In this document: piece after piece, positions 30,501-39,356 of the stretch
Position numbering within the stretch: position 1 is the stretch's first letter
How the letters are laid out: every line of letters begins with the position of its first letter
Source: a virus
Length of the DNA: 64,000 nucleotides
Virus record (IMG/VR): IMGVR_UViG_3300042691_013609
Coordinates: 1 to 64,000 of that record
Strand: one strand, 5' to 3'
Translations under genes and position numbers: made by a program
Notes under the pieces: generated by a model
Told to the model about the DNA's origin: nothing
Database searches by the model: none
What the model saw: the letters and a program-made list of their open reading frames with translations, nothing else

Positions 30501-33500
30501 CTATCTTAGAAAAGATAGTTAGGACTATAAACAGTTTAATATCTACAGCTACTAATGGTAAGTTTTCTCCATTTAAAAATTTTAAGGCTTCAGAACAAGA
30601 ACAATTAGAAAATTTAGTTGATTTCTTTAATTCAATTGGTAAGACTTTATCCACAGGAGGAGAAATAACAGCCGACCAGATTGCGGAAGCAGCAACTCTT
30701 AATGATCTTTTATATCCAAAGGGGGACTATATAGGAAATAAATCTTCTGTTTTTGTACCGAATTCCGGCGGGCCTGGCATAGTAGAGAATGTAGATGCGG
30801 ATGCTTTGGCAATTATGAATTCTTATGAGTTTTTAAATAAAGCTTTAGATTTAGATAAAAAGAATACAGTAGATATTGATATCGATGTTGATGAATTAAA
30901 TAGCAGACTTGATACTCCGCTTAAAAAAGTAAAGTGGAGTGACTTCAAAGGTATGCCATTTATATTTACTATATCAGACCAATTAACTACAGGAGACGTT
31001 ACTAACCCAATTACAAATAAAGTTATAGATAACTTAAAGGGGGGATTAGGTTTTAATGGCACAAATGGAAATACTAATAGTGCCTGGGCCAATATGGGTG
31101 ATGTAGAGGCCACCAATACGATTGACAAAGCCACCACCATTTACGAGAATAATAAAGAATTATTCCAAAAACTATGGAAGGACGGATCACTCCCTAATGG
31201 CCATATCCCTATGGCAGTTGTAAAAATGGGGGAAGCATCTATTACTTCAAATGAAGCTGTTTTCAGGGTAGGTCTTGAAAATATAAAAACATTGCCGTTA
31301 GAAAATAGGCAAAAAGCTGTTAAGGTTCTAAAAGAAAGCCTTAATGAAAAAATAAATACTTTAAAAGAAGATATAGCTCGTGGTGTTTCTAAAGATAAAA
31401 AACCTAAAGTCTATTCAGACAATACTATAGATGGTAAGAAGAAGAAGATAAGTGCATATAATGAAATATTAAAAAAGATAAACCAAAATAAATACACTGA
31501 TATTGCGGATATCATAAAAAATATTTCTAAATTCTCTTTACCTCAAAGAGTTCTAATAGGAGGTGAAGTCTTTTTTGGATCGAGTCCTACTAAGCCAGGG
31601 GCGAAACCGGTTAAACCTAATAAACCAGATACGCCAGTAACTTTGGCTTTACTTGGTGACAATAACCCAGCCCTTCTTCATATTGGACCTATTACTGATT
31701 TGATCACAGAAAAAGCTATAAAAGATGTACCATCAAATCATGTGATAGCTGTAGTAGGTGTTGATGTCCTAAACCCAGAGATAACCACAACAACGCATCC
31801 AAACTATGAGAAAGGAGTTAAGGGTGTGTCTATTGGTGTTTTAGATAAACCAATACACATGCTAGATGCTTTTGGGGAAGCTTATGGGAATGCTATGGCA
31901 TTAGCTGCTAAAAAGGAGGCAGAAAAATCTGAAACAGATACTAAAGCCCTTATATCTCAAGCAGTCCCTGTCCAGGCTGGTCTGCCTAATGCAGTTTTAA
32001 AAGGGGCAGTAGCTACGAATAAGGTAGATGCAATAGATAAGTTAAACGGATTTTTAAGACAGGCTTTCCCAACCACTAGCTTCTTTACTACACAAGAGGC
32101 TTGGGATGCTGTTATGGAGAATGGATCGATAGACAAGAAGTCTGTTGATGGTAATGTCCTTTATGGGTTTACTGCTAATGGGAATGTTTATATCAACCCA
32201 GATATAAAAACAGCTAAAGCTCCTTTACACGAAGTAGGACACTTATGGGTTAATTTTGTTAAGGATACAAACCCGGCTCTTTATGAGAAAGGATTGGCAT
32301 TAACAGAAGGTACTGCCGAGTTAGCCACAGAGATGGAAAAATATGGGGACACAAATCTAGCTAGAGAAGAAGCTTTAGTTAAATTGATGTCTACCAAAGG
32401 TGAGACCATTGTAAATACAGCCCAGAAGGCTGAGTTTAAAGAATGGTTGTTATCTATGTGGAAGTATGTGAAGGATAATTTTAAATCTTTATTAGATATT
32501 CCAGCCGACCAAGTTGAAGACATTACTTTAGACCAGTTCTTAAAGGGGATGTTGGCAGATGTACTTGGTGGAAAAGAGTTAGTTCCGCCTAAAAAAGCTA
32601 AAAAAACTAAAGGTACTAAAGAGATTACAGTAAATAAATCTTCGAGGGAAGATGTTAAGAAGGCTATAGAAGATATTGCTTTAGTTGATAAAGACATAGT
32701 GGCTAATGCGGCTTCAAAAGTGTTTAAAGATCCTGGTTACCATAGGGGCATTTTAGGTAAAAAATCAGATTTCACCGATAGATCTTATCATGGTGAGATG
32801 CCTTATACTGGATATTATTTTGTATCCGACCCTAAAGAAGTTGTTCTAGGTCAATCTAGATGGGGAGACCCAAGGGCTTTTAGAATTGTAGATTTTTCTA
32901 AATATAACTTAGTTAAATTCACTGGGGCGGAAGAATATTTTTCTTTAAAAATAGCTTTGAAGAGTTTAGCGGTAGATCTGTTAAGAGGTGAGATTAAAAT
33001 TGAGGAGGCGTTAAAAAATTTCCTTGAAAAACCATATACCTCTTTACCTAATTCTGTAGTAAGAGCTATACGAGATTACGATGGTAACAAACTTCAAAAA
33101 CAAGATCTTTCAAGAGAGAAGTTTCAATTAGAAGAAAGATTAAACACAGTTCGTAGTAATAAAGAGTTTGATGAGATAAGCAATAGAATAAACGAGATAA
33201 ATTCGGAAATATCTAAGATAGGTAAAAAACCATTTAGCGAGGCTTTGGGTGGTGTATTAGATGAATACGAAAAGCAAAGAAGTGCCCCACAAAAATCAGA
33301 AGAAGATCCTCCAGGAAGGGCTGAAAGGCTAGAAACTTTAATACTAAAAGAGTTAGGTTTTGAGGGTATAGATGCCAGACGTGTAAAAGCTGAGAATGGG
33401 CTAAAATCTCCAGATGATTTTTCACATGGGTCTACTATATTTGATTTAAAGCCTGGTACTGCCACATCATTACATGATGCTTATGTAGATGCTAAAGAGA

Positions 33501-36500
33501 ATAACACTAACCCAGAGCTAGTACAAGCTATGGATGATATGTTAGACCAAGAACGTGAAATAATTGTAAATAAATCCTCTAAAATACCCGGACCCGCTAG
33601 AATTGATAGGGAACTTCCAACTCCAAATAAAGAAAGAATTACAAATGCAACTGAGAATTTGCAGAAAAAATTCAGAAGGGATGGGGTTCGTTTAACCGAA
33701 AAAGAGGGAATGGAGATAGTTAAAGAATTATCTTCTTGGAAAGATTGGTATGAAGGTATAGCAGCTAAAGTGCAAGAAGCTTTTGGTGAATACTCTGCTG
33801 ATTACATGATGTTTATGTTTGGATCCGCTGTAGCTGCGAATAGCGCATCTACTATTGGCACATCTTTAAATAATCTGCAAAGATTATATGAAGGACAAGA
33901 TATAAAAGGTTTGCCTATAATGAAAAGAAATATTTATGAAATTCTTTCTAACTTGCCTGTCACAAGTGATAAGATAAGAAACTTCATAGCCGCCGGATTA
34001 GGCGATAAAAACGCCATACCTGTAGATATGCATGTTTGGAGTTTTATAAATTCATTTCCTACTTTAAAAACACCAAGTAAAAAAAATTTTGAAAAAGCTA
34101 AAGAGTTTGTTAGAAGTATTGCAGATGGTCTTAAATGGGACCCAAGAGAAGTGCAAGCAGCTATGTGGGCAGCTAACATGCTTAGATTAGGATTAGAACC
34201 AGACACTTATGAAGAATACATCCAAAGAAAAGTTGAGCGAGGACTCAAAGATCAGATCCAAAAATGGCGCGAAAAAGGTTATAAGCCAATTTTTGAAGTT
34301 CGTGAAGTCGGAGGGAAGTTAGAAACTTCCTTTATAGACGAAGTTAAGATTGACGCTTTGCAAAAATTAGAAGAGACTAATAGAAAAATAAGTAATAAAA
34401 AAGAAGAAATTACAGTAAGTAAATCTTCAAAAACCCAAAAGACAAAATTTGATCCTAGGGATAGAGGCCAAATGCTGGAAGACGAGTTCCTTAAAACAAA
34501 GGAAACTCTTATAAAAATGATCAGCGCCAGCTATAGAAATTCCATTAGTAAGGGTAAGAAATTTACCGAAGAAGACTTCAAGAAAATCCTAGATAAGTTT
34601 AATATTTCTATAGATGATAGTGGCATAGAGTTGTTGTTTAAGAGGGCTGTTAGATATAACTCTTATCCTAGAACAATCCAAAGAATTATTCTTACCCCTT
34701 CCATCCCCGACAATGTTAAAGATGCTTTATTAGATAACGCTAAACCAAAAGAAGTTATTACTGATGAGCACGTTGAAATCTTAGCAGATGCAATAGTAGC
34801 ACCAGGAAGGGAGGCAGAAACTAATGAAGAAGCAGTAGAAATCTTTGATAACTTACAAAAAGATTTGATTGATTCTTTAGCCAGGGAGTTAACAAACATA
34901 AGAGATGGGGCCCAGAGCCAGATTACTTACGAGATTAGGGCGTTGAAGAAAATTGCCCAAAGTCTTATTGAGATGGGAGATGTGAAGAGATCCGCAGATG
35001 TACTGGCGAAGATTACTTCTTTAGGTTCTTTATTTGGTAAGGAGCTTAGGGAGATTGGTTTGAACTCAATGGATGCAGTTTATATTGTCCACTTATCTAG
35101 GGAATCCGATGAGAATAGAGAAGAAGTTTTAAATGCCCCGGCTAAAGGGTATGAAAAAACAACTAATAGAGAAAGGATCGATAGCCAAAACAAAGCAGCA
35201 GAAGAAGCTTTAAAAGAAGGTGTTAGCGAAAGAAAAAAAGAAACGGCTAAAAAAGTACAAGAGAAATACGATAAGAGGACTAGTACAGAGAAAGTAAAAG
35301 AGGCTACCGAAGAAAGAGAGACTGCGCATGCTGCCGAAAAGAAAAAAGGACTTTTTGATAAGATAGTTGGGTCAGTTAAAGATTTCTTTGGTGTTAGCAA
35401 ATCTTCTTTAAATAAAAAGAATCCTCTTGCAGATACAGCCGGGAAAACTATTCCAGCAGCCCAGTTGGCACAGGTTGCCAAGGACTATTTTATGTATGCC
35501 TTTTATAACAATAATGGTAACACACAAAAAGCCCGCGAAGAATTTTTAAGTAAAAAAGAATTAAAAGGGGCGCACGGAGACATAGACCAGATCATAGGCA
35601 GTTTAGTTAGTGATGGTACATTGGATACGGCTACAAGAGAATTAGCCCAAGCCAAGATATTAGAAGCTCTACAGGAAGTACAAACTCCAAGCAATGTAAG
35701 AAAGCTTAGTCCTGCGCAATTAATTGCCATGAGGGTAAAAGCAATTGATAAGAGAAATGAAAAGGCTAAACCTAAAAGGAAAACTTTAGAACAAAAGATC
35801 GCAGAGAATGATGTAGATATAGAAACATTAACTGAACTTAGGAATGCTATTAATGCTGAATTAATGCAGTTGCCGGCCAATAAGAAAGAAGAAGTATTGG
35901 CAAGGGTAGATGATATTTTAGTTAACCTAAGAGCCGAAAAATTAAAGAATAGGGCTACACCATGGATAACTAAAGCTAAGATTAGGGAAGACTTCAAAAG
36001 AGGTTTATCTTCTTTAGGAGAAACTGTTGAAGACCTAATGGATGATCTATCTAAAATAGATGTCTATACTAATTCTATTGCCCAGGAGTTTATACAAAGA
36101 ACAGGTATGACTGCCGAAGAGGCAGCGCCATTCGTAAAGATTATAGAAGATGAAATTAAAAACATAGTAGATACTAAGGTCAAAGCTGCTTTAGAAAAAG
36201 AATACTTAGATTCTTTACAAGGAAACAGAGACGACTTAGTTAATGCTGCCGAAGAGTACGCCCAAAAAGCTTCAGATTTTGAAGCAGAAGCAGATAAACT
36301 ACGTAATAAAACTAAGACACCTGAAGAAGTTGAAAGGTTAAAGACAGCACAAAGAGAAGCAGCAAGATACAAAAAACTTGCAGCTAGAGCTAAGTCAAGG
36401 TTAAAAACATTTGACGAAAAAGCTGCCAAGCGTTTAAAAAGTGGAGATTTCTACCAGATTTTAAAGACTATTACGCAAGGTGGATTAACACAAGAAACCG

Positions 36501-39340
36501 TAGTAAATGCTTTAGCTAATTCTTTAAGAGTAGAGGTAATCTCTAAAGAGCAACTAAACCATATTGAGATTCTATCTGAAAAGATAAGGAATGCAACTAT
36601 GGCTAAGAATTCTGTGGACGAGGAAAAAGCTATAACTGAATTAAAGAAATACCTATACGGAATAAGTAATGTATCTTTCTTAGATATTTTTAAACGTATG
36701 TGGGAATCTTTTATGTACGGTAATATGCTTTCTAGCCCACGAACAGCAGAGGTTGCTTTCTTTTCTGGTACGATAGGTTTAATTAGAGATGTTATTGCAA
36801 ATTTCTTCCAAGCTTTAGCTGTAGATATATTAAATTTTTCACCTATTACCATAGGCAAGGATGGGATTAAAACAAGACGAGTAAAACCTGATTTTAGAAA
36901 TTTAAGAACATTAGGTAATGCATTATTAGATATAGTTGGTAGTAATAATATTTTTTCTTTTTCTACATTCTTTGAGGTATTAAAAGGTGCCGAAGGTATT
37001 TCTATACAGCAGATGGATGTCTCTGGTAAGACTAAAGATAGATTATCTAATTCTTTAGCTGAAATAGATAAGGCGGATGTTGCTATAGATAGGATAAAAC
37101 AAGATCCTAATTGGAAAATAAAGCCTAATAAAATAGCTGCTGTAGGAGCTTTAGAGGCTTTCAAATTACAACAAAGGATAGCTAGATTACTTGTTGCTAT
37201 GGACTATGCCGCTAGAAGTGCAGCCATACCTTACGCAATAAGAATGACCACTGCCCAAATAGCTACGGAGTCTTTGCCGATTAGTGCTACCTATAAAGAT
37301 ATTTATAATAAGACAAATGAAATTATAAATAGAGGTGAAGCAAAAGCAATAGCAGAAGCGAAAGCAGCCGAGATGGCAGCATTAGGTAAGAACTTTGATG
37401 AGAAAAGGTATGAGAAGAAAGTAGCTACAAGTGAGGCTGTATTACCAGCCGAGGTGCAAAGAAGAGTTAAAGAGTATGCAGATAGATTAGCCTGGACGGG
37501 TAGAATATTTGGTTACTCGGGTTGGATGGCCAACAAGTTAAATGGGGCGTTTGAAAAATTTAATGGAGAACCTATTTTACCAAATGACTCACTCCCAACT
37601 ACTTTAAGAAAATTAGCTATACAAATACCTCTTACCGCAGTTAAAATGGTGGCAATACCATTCCCAGGAGTATTATTTAGAGGTATGCAGTCTGTAAAAA
37701 ATGCTACTATTTTAGGTCTTTTCCAGAGGAAAGTCGTAAAAGGACTTGACGGGAAATACACCCAAGGAAAAGGATGGCCGTTGCAATTCTTTAAAGAACA
37801 TAGATTATATAATAGTGCAGGAAATGTAGATGAAGTAATCAAAGCTTCTAACTGGGAAGTAGCATCGAGAATAGCTTGGTCAACTGTCCCATCTGTAATG
37901 GCTTGGGCTTTATTTCAAGCTATGTTTACTTTTGATTTTGAAGACGATGAAGAAGAAAAAGAGTACAATGAGATGGGTTATTTTAATCCTCTTAAATTTG
38001 GTGCATTTTTTGAAAATGGAGCTACTATTAAGCTAAAATCTGATAGCGATTGGTTAATTACTGGAGAGTATGATTCTGATATGGAGGCAGTATTCAGAGG
38101 TAAAGGTTTACAGTATTTCCCTAATGCCATTTACTATAAAGGTAAGAAACTTCCTATTGTTGGTGGGTATAAAGATATGCCTTGGGGTATATTCTTTTCC
38201 GGGCTGGCGGCAGTGCAAGAAAGAGAACTTTATGCAGAAAAAGTAAAAGGGTCAAGTGATGCTACCAGAGATCCTTTAACTACTAGTGATGTCTTTAAAA
38301 TTATGGCGCTAAGTGGTGTAGGATTCCTTAGTGAATTTGGTTTGACTGGAGCTTTAGAACAACTATCCTTTATTACTGGAATATTTTCAGGAGAAGTTGA
38401 TGACAAAGTTTTCCAAAAAGCACAAAAAAATTTAGTAAGAACAAACATACCTGCTGTTGGTTTCGCCACTTGGTCAGCTAATCTCAAAGGAATGTACAAA
38501 GATGATGACAAAAGAAAAGGCATAGGTGTATTATCCGGAGCTATGGCGAATGCCTATGTGTTTGACGACTTCATTGATACATACGACTTCGACGCTTTAG
38601 GTAAAAGAATACCTTACCAAGAAAGTCCTTATCCTATTTTAGGCTCTGTTGAAAGGGCTGTGGCTTCTATAAATAATTCTAATTATTCTTTATTAACTAA
38701 TTCAACTTTTAAAGACCGCCAAACTAAAGCAGATATAATTAGATCTAAATACTCAGACTTCGCTACCTTAATTAGAAAGCAAAGCCCGAAAGATGTCTTA
38801 AAGAGTGAGAGAACTATTGTGGAGACTTTTGACGATCAGTCTAATTATGATATGGCCTTAGCTGCCGCTACCTCAAAAGGAGAAATGTTGGATACGTACT
38901 ATGAATACTTAGATGGATTAGAGAGAGGAGACTTCTCTAAAAGGCTTAGAGAAATAAACAATATAGGAAACGATCACGCCTTCTGTTCTAAAGTCTTAAC
39001 TGTATTAGAAAATAATGCCGATAAGATAATGAATGAAACAGGACTTTCCATCCAAGATATTGTCTCTAAAATAGGAATTAGACCAAAGAGTAAAATTGGA
39101 TTAACTAATGTGCAGGATAAAAACAGCAAAGGAGAATTCAAATATGATGCCAATGGAAATCCTGTAATGGTACCTGGATACTTTAAAAGATCAAAGCTAG
39201 TAGAATTGCTTTATGAATATGACATAAAAGTTACTAGCGATGGCCAATTAAAATTCAACCAAAAATACCAAGATACTTACGACAGGGAAGAGTTTGAGGA
39301 TTATATGAATTCACAAGCTGGAGATGTAGAGTCAGAGTAA
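24536..39340 (+). CDS. giant polyvalent (ejected) virion protein with two zincin metallopeptidase domains, an ART-like domain and an HhH-glycosylase-like domain
   Basis: 4934 aa; HEVSH (30221) and HEVGH (32228); GYHRG...GYYF...GFEGI (32730-33450); WY...PVDMHVW...WDPREVQAAMW (33740-34200); last gene of the virion block. Confidence 0.75.
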   Translation: MNEDFLKELYNSYGISKKNISFDEFSKDMAKPDFQKLFYDSKKFSDKGISFDDFKLDISNKEKPISFSVEGTREAMANVDEAIKNVKVPTKPVSETVKEQKGTDVTGIRTDINWEQGTTKNVIDPEKARIEAAKVAAEKSKSTGEIIPGWKRTVDFTTGEVTDVVDEERRSAYLKTQEEIKKAQEATQQQFQPGSYTYFPTISEPDLPVYNLQKALKPYEDAVAEANGGIFQDAKSAFYKVLDITKLSSPYGGNIYNQYQIELAADRKEKLQKAEELRGKIMSELPEEVTNPLDFDSIYQYEASTSTTKEEAVNKTNVKLKDHSNRLRLVEDYNYKKLTPQQQQVADLLKKGEDVDVSSLEGSPEFDKWMRSADNVSKQKELVKNNIDKYTGVQQYIGNILGELKNKNYDDDVIESSLVNSLETLRQQKPEWSDEINDAQNFIREKTVTEGDALSAAASWGFNTANKIGDTFGAMLKGVKSTFYTESTRNLTRGDVDQVVRDEFGKDLRDMLVGASSKYNAPISSNVVEKGNLKLIIEDGKVVDIRRKDDSKIFFPTKYELQVAESYNPKVDGEGEVDYNWKSIGNTTGQVITDMIPMIAASMASGGATLPTMLGAMSTTYGSYYNEALQRTGDMKQATLYAAITSPLIGYVESKVGNLEGKLGRALTGAEKGAIERLALEVGEEVSSKGIKNYVEGRGVLTYLKEKVARSPELIGDIKGELLEEFSNFGTEAVTAAATGVEGEPLTMAEVEETAIITTLVSGLMGGARIMADNAKEINEMLGYAALNQDKFEEAGVKWVEAGRTEEEKAKRRKDFEAKRVSVTEVKDTLNYVNENNFSEKDKDELFNLSLEKAKLLYKMASSESEKTKTNLAKSIAEIDKRMAGYTPGEGAPEAPPTPEAAIEESKKGFVTEEEFNTLKQNGRIPSDVTFDQFKELPLNKQQEYRQPKPTVTEAQQTELDKINKRATSIQQRLDEDKALEDEGEEPILSKEERQRLETQLQTLNQQRDAIQKQSTAEISVQPEPQTGEGVGGQVQPEPQVTPGEGQVETEGQVEEQAQGKIVDKNFDESPDTKSFVGSYVDYQGVRGVLLEDGQGNIIVDTGEGDVLVEGALSDMTNNELGLSRAERPEINEQDIQKIEQDVTANIDPTVIQTDFGTGRVFYGGKEFKYESTNLDKDGNAVSISMTDADGNKKTIRNKQAVEEIELQKMIFEDLLNNNKITLDNEFAKQFQAQATDLGIKPTITAPQRGQRRVEPVQQGRPTESVKGDETKPEFVKRTPGVIKGFEVKKKDGTTLPPSNYTKDSKTGKWRRINETGKPTAVNTQQMIQQLEAEEKRLTKEEQKAIAEAKKRIPVEIKGFEVKKANGTTVPASDYVKDPNTGKWKRINEQGKPIAVSSQPMIKQLEAEEKRLAQEEQMAAEQKAKPKAEPTPATQPAKAAPVITVKAPAIEVTPQPEAKGEGVEKTAQKAETKPETATTKPTPEAKTPEPAAATETPTPEAPPKPQGKVGANGVPQIFFSMPGVKAVGFDIFGKFYNVVSNSFRPKIMVDINGTIIPFYMTTGFGGKSTPPGWYPIWGFGEDGWFNKTVDSEIMDFYSKYIGRENADLLKSIADELNNFYGVDPFFISIDYDRDSNLPKVEAEEKFEKEVNKLVNSKLPIKPILQKSGDIKTLSKNIKTLGDNLSKSVEGIKKQQQEEKARQEAQRKAEEQKRVEEQRKAEEQKKAEAERQKAAEEKAKKEAEKPAPKKEEPAKKAVEEEVDLEEPATEEEIAAFEEEMKMLESELAEALAKGFQDGFSVSNKSQIAAAESVTTTKENKDTVLASKRLIRVLKSVFPNMDIFLHTDEESYNRKMEELGGRPDSGGNFFYAKSPDGKVTRGRIDINLNSASPVTVAHEVSHAILLKTFGDNPVLFKKFRDNIGKILLNEANQKLIVRDRYGRSVSWASALDSFEAMYKGQEVAPEEYLVQLTAFLSESGNALTIARKAPSILEKIVRTINSLISTATNGKFSPFKNFKASEQEQLENLVDFFNSIGKTLSTGGEITADQIAEAATLNDLLYPKGDYIGNKSSVFVPNSGGPGIVENVDADALAIMNSYEFLNKALDLDKKNTVDIDIDVDELNSRLDTPLKKVKWSDFKGMPFIFTISDQLTTGDVTNPITNKVIDNLKGGLGFNGTNGNTNSAWANMGDVEATNTIDKATTIYENNKELFQKLWKDGSLPNGHIPMAVVKMGEASITSNEAVFRVGLENIKTLPLENRQKAVKVLKESLNEKINTLKEDIARGVSKDKKPKVYSDNTIDGKKKKISAYNEILKKINQNKYTDIADIIKNISKFSLPQRVLIGGEVFFGSSPTKPGAKPVKPNKPDTPVTLALLGDNNPALLHIGPITDLITEKAIKDVPSNHVIAVVGVDVLNPEITTTTHPNYEKGVKGVSIGVLDKPIHMLDAFGEAYGNAMALAAKKEAEKSETDTKALISQAVPVQAGLPNAVLKGAVATNKVDAIDKLNGFLRQAFPTTSFFTTQEAWDAVMENGSIDKKSVDGNVLYGFTANGNVYINPDIKTAKAPLHEVGHLWVNFVKDTNPALYEKGLALTEGTAELATEMEKYGDTNLAREEALVKLMSTKGETIVNTAQKAEFKEWLLSMWKYVKDNFKSLLDIPADQVEDITLDQFLKGMLADVLGGKELVPPKKAKKTKGTKEITVNKSSREDVKKAIEDIALVDKDIVANAASKVFKDPGYHRGILGKKSDFTDRSYHGEMPYTGYYFVSDPKEVVLGQSRWGDPRAFRIVDFSKYNLVKFTGAEEYFSLKIALKSLAVDLLRGEIKIEEALKNFLEKPYTSLPNSVVRAIRDYDGNKLQKQDLSREKFQLEERLNTVRSNKEFDEISNRINEINSEISKIGKKPFSEALGGVLDEYEKQRSAPQKSEEDPPGRAERLETLILKELGFEGIDARRVKAENGLKSPDDFSHGSTIFDLKPGTATSLHDAYVDAKENNTNPELVQAMDDMLDQEREIIVNKSSKIPGPARIDRELPTPNKERITNATENLQKKFRRDGVRLTEKEGMEIVKELSSWKDWYEGIAAKVQEAFGEYSADYMMFMFGSAVAANSASTIGTSLNNLQRLYEGQDIKGLPIMKRNIYEILSNLPVTSDKIRNFIAAGLGDKNAIPVDMHVWSFINSFPTLKTPSKKNFEKAKEFVRSIADGLKWDPREVQAAMWAANMLRLGLEPDTYEEYIQRKVERGLKDQIQKWREKGYKPIFEVREVGGKLETSFIDEVKIDALQKLEETNRKISNKKEEITVSKSSKTQKTKFDPRDRGQMLEDEFLKTKETLIKMISASYRNSISKGKKFTEEDFKKILDKFNISIDDSGIELLFKRAVRYNSYPRTIQRIILTPSIPDNVKDALLDNAKPKEVITDEHVEILADAIVAPGREAETNEEAVEIFDNLQKDLIDSLARELTNIRDGAQSQITYEIRALKKIAQSLIEMGDVKRSADVLAKITSLGSLFGKELREIGLNSMDAVYIVHLSRESDENREEVLNAPAKGYEKTTNRERIDSQNKAAEEALKEGVSERKKETAKKVQEKYDKRTSTEKVKEATEERETAHAAEKKKGLFDKIVGSVKDFFGVSKSSLNKKNPLADTAGKTIPAAQLAQVAKDYFMYAFYNNNGNTQKAREEFLSKKELKGAHGDIDQIIGSLVSDGTLDTATRELAQAKILEALQEVQTPSNVRKLSPAQLIAMRVKAIDKRNEKAKPKRKTLEQKIAENDVDIETLTELRNAINAELMQLPANKKEEVLARVDDILVNLRAEKLKNRATPWITKAKIREDFKRGLSSLGETVEDLMDDLSKIDVYTNSIAQEFIQRTGMTAEEAAPFVKIIEDEIKNIVDTKVKAALEKEYLDSLQGNRDDLVNAAEEYAQKASDFEAEADKLRNKTKTPEEVERLKTAQREAARYKKLAARAKSRLKTFDEKAAKRLKSGDFYQILKTITQGGLTQETVVNALANSLRVEVISKEQLNHIEILSEKIRNATMAKNSVDEEKAITELKKYLYGISNVSFLDIFKRMWESFMYGNMLSSPRTAEVAFFSGTIGLIRDVIANFFQALAVDILNFSPITIGKDGIKTRRVKPDFRNLRTLGNALLDIVGSNNIFSFSTFFEVLKGAEGISIQQMDVSGKTKDRLSNSLAEIDKADVAIDRIKQDPNWKIKPNKIAAVGALEAFKLQQRIARLLVAMDYAARSAAIPYAIRMTTAQIATESLPISATYKDIYNKTNEIINRGEAKAIAEAKAAEMAALGKNFDEKRYEKKVATSEAVLPAEVQRRVKEYADRLAWTGRIFGYSGWMANKLNGAFEKFNGEPILPNDSLPTTLRKLAIQIPLTAVKMVAIPFPGVLFRGMQSVKNATILGLFQRKVVKGLDGKYTQGKGWPLQFFKEHRLYNSAGNVDEVIKASNWEVASRIAWSTVPSVMAWALFQAMFTFDFEDDEEEKEYNEMGYFNPLKFGAFFENGATIKLKSDSDWLITGEYDSDMEAVFRGKGLQYFPNAIYYKGKKLPIVGGYKDMPWGIFFSGLAAVQERELYAEKVKGSSDATRDPLTTSDVFKIMALSGVGFLSEFGLTGALEQLSFITGIFSGEVDDKVFQKAQKNLVRTNIPAVGFATWSANLKGMYKDDDKRKGIGVLSGAMANAYVFDDFIDTYDFDALGKRIPYQESPYPILGSVERAVASINNSNYSLLTNSTFKDRQTKADIIRSKYSDFATLIRKQSPKDVLKSERTIVETFDDQSNYDMALAAATSKGEMLDTYYEYLDGLERGDFSKRLREINNIGNDHAFCSKVLTVLENNADKIMNETGLSIQDIVSKIGIRPKSKIGLTNVQDKNSKGEFKYDANGNPVMVPGYFKRSKLVELLYEYDIKVTSDGQLKFNQKYQDTYDREEFEDYMNSQAGDVESE
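27561..27722 (+). CDS. nested +1-frame small basic protein (53 aa, MPFKSKAQQRYLFSQNPKLAKEWADKY...)
   Basis: ATG after A-rich ACATTAAACCAACAAAGAG, open to TAG 27720-22; resembles the small MPFKS phage proteins I recall; host frame here is a low-complexity linker. Confidence 0.65.
   Translation: MPFKSKAQQRYLFSQNPKLAKEWADKYNQNLKSLPEKAKSKPKAKSKSKLKGK
28209..28364 (+). CDS. nested +1-frame small protein (51 aa, MSSQNNSKPK...LKAMKQNQNL)
   Basis: ATG after A-rich AATAATAAAATAACATTAGACA; amphipathic helical core LPKEVRDVLNQYSKEDQLKVLKAM. Confidence 0.45.
   Translation: MSSQNNSKPKQQTLGSNPRLQLPKEVRDVLNQYSKEDQLKVLKAMKQNQNL
28370..28800 (+). repeat. tandem 74-aa domain duplication inside the giant protein
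   Basis: IKGFEVKK.GTT.P.S.Y.KD..TGKW.RINE.GKP.AV..Q.MI.QLEAEEKRL occurs twice, 222 nt apart. Confidence 0.9.
34209..34322 (+). CDS. possible nested +1-frame peptide (37 aa, MKNTSKEKLSED...)
   Basis: Open ATG-TAG frame starting right after the glycosylase-like domain; short, could be chance. Confidence 0.3.
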   Translation: MKNTSKEKLSEDSKIRSKNGAKKVISQFLKFVKSEGS

Positions 39341-39356
39341 ACAATATGGCTAAAAC

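Noticed and set aside
30872-30892. DIDIDVD as an RNA polymerase DxDxD catalytic loop
   Set aside because: Lacks the G/F context of DFDGD/DFDID and sits at the start of a module between two peptidase domains; no other RNAP motifs recognised
33261-33332. 23-aa +1 ORF inside the ART-like domain
   Set aside because: Too short, no A-rich leader; consistent with chance
24649-38523. Many 60-237 aa antisense ORFs opposite the giant gene and other long genes
   Set aside because: Ser/Leu/Phe-rich shadows of sense-strand codon bias, without leaders or motifs
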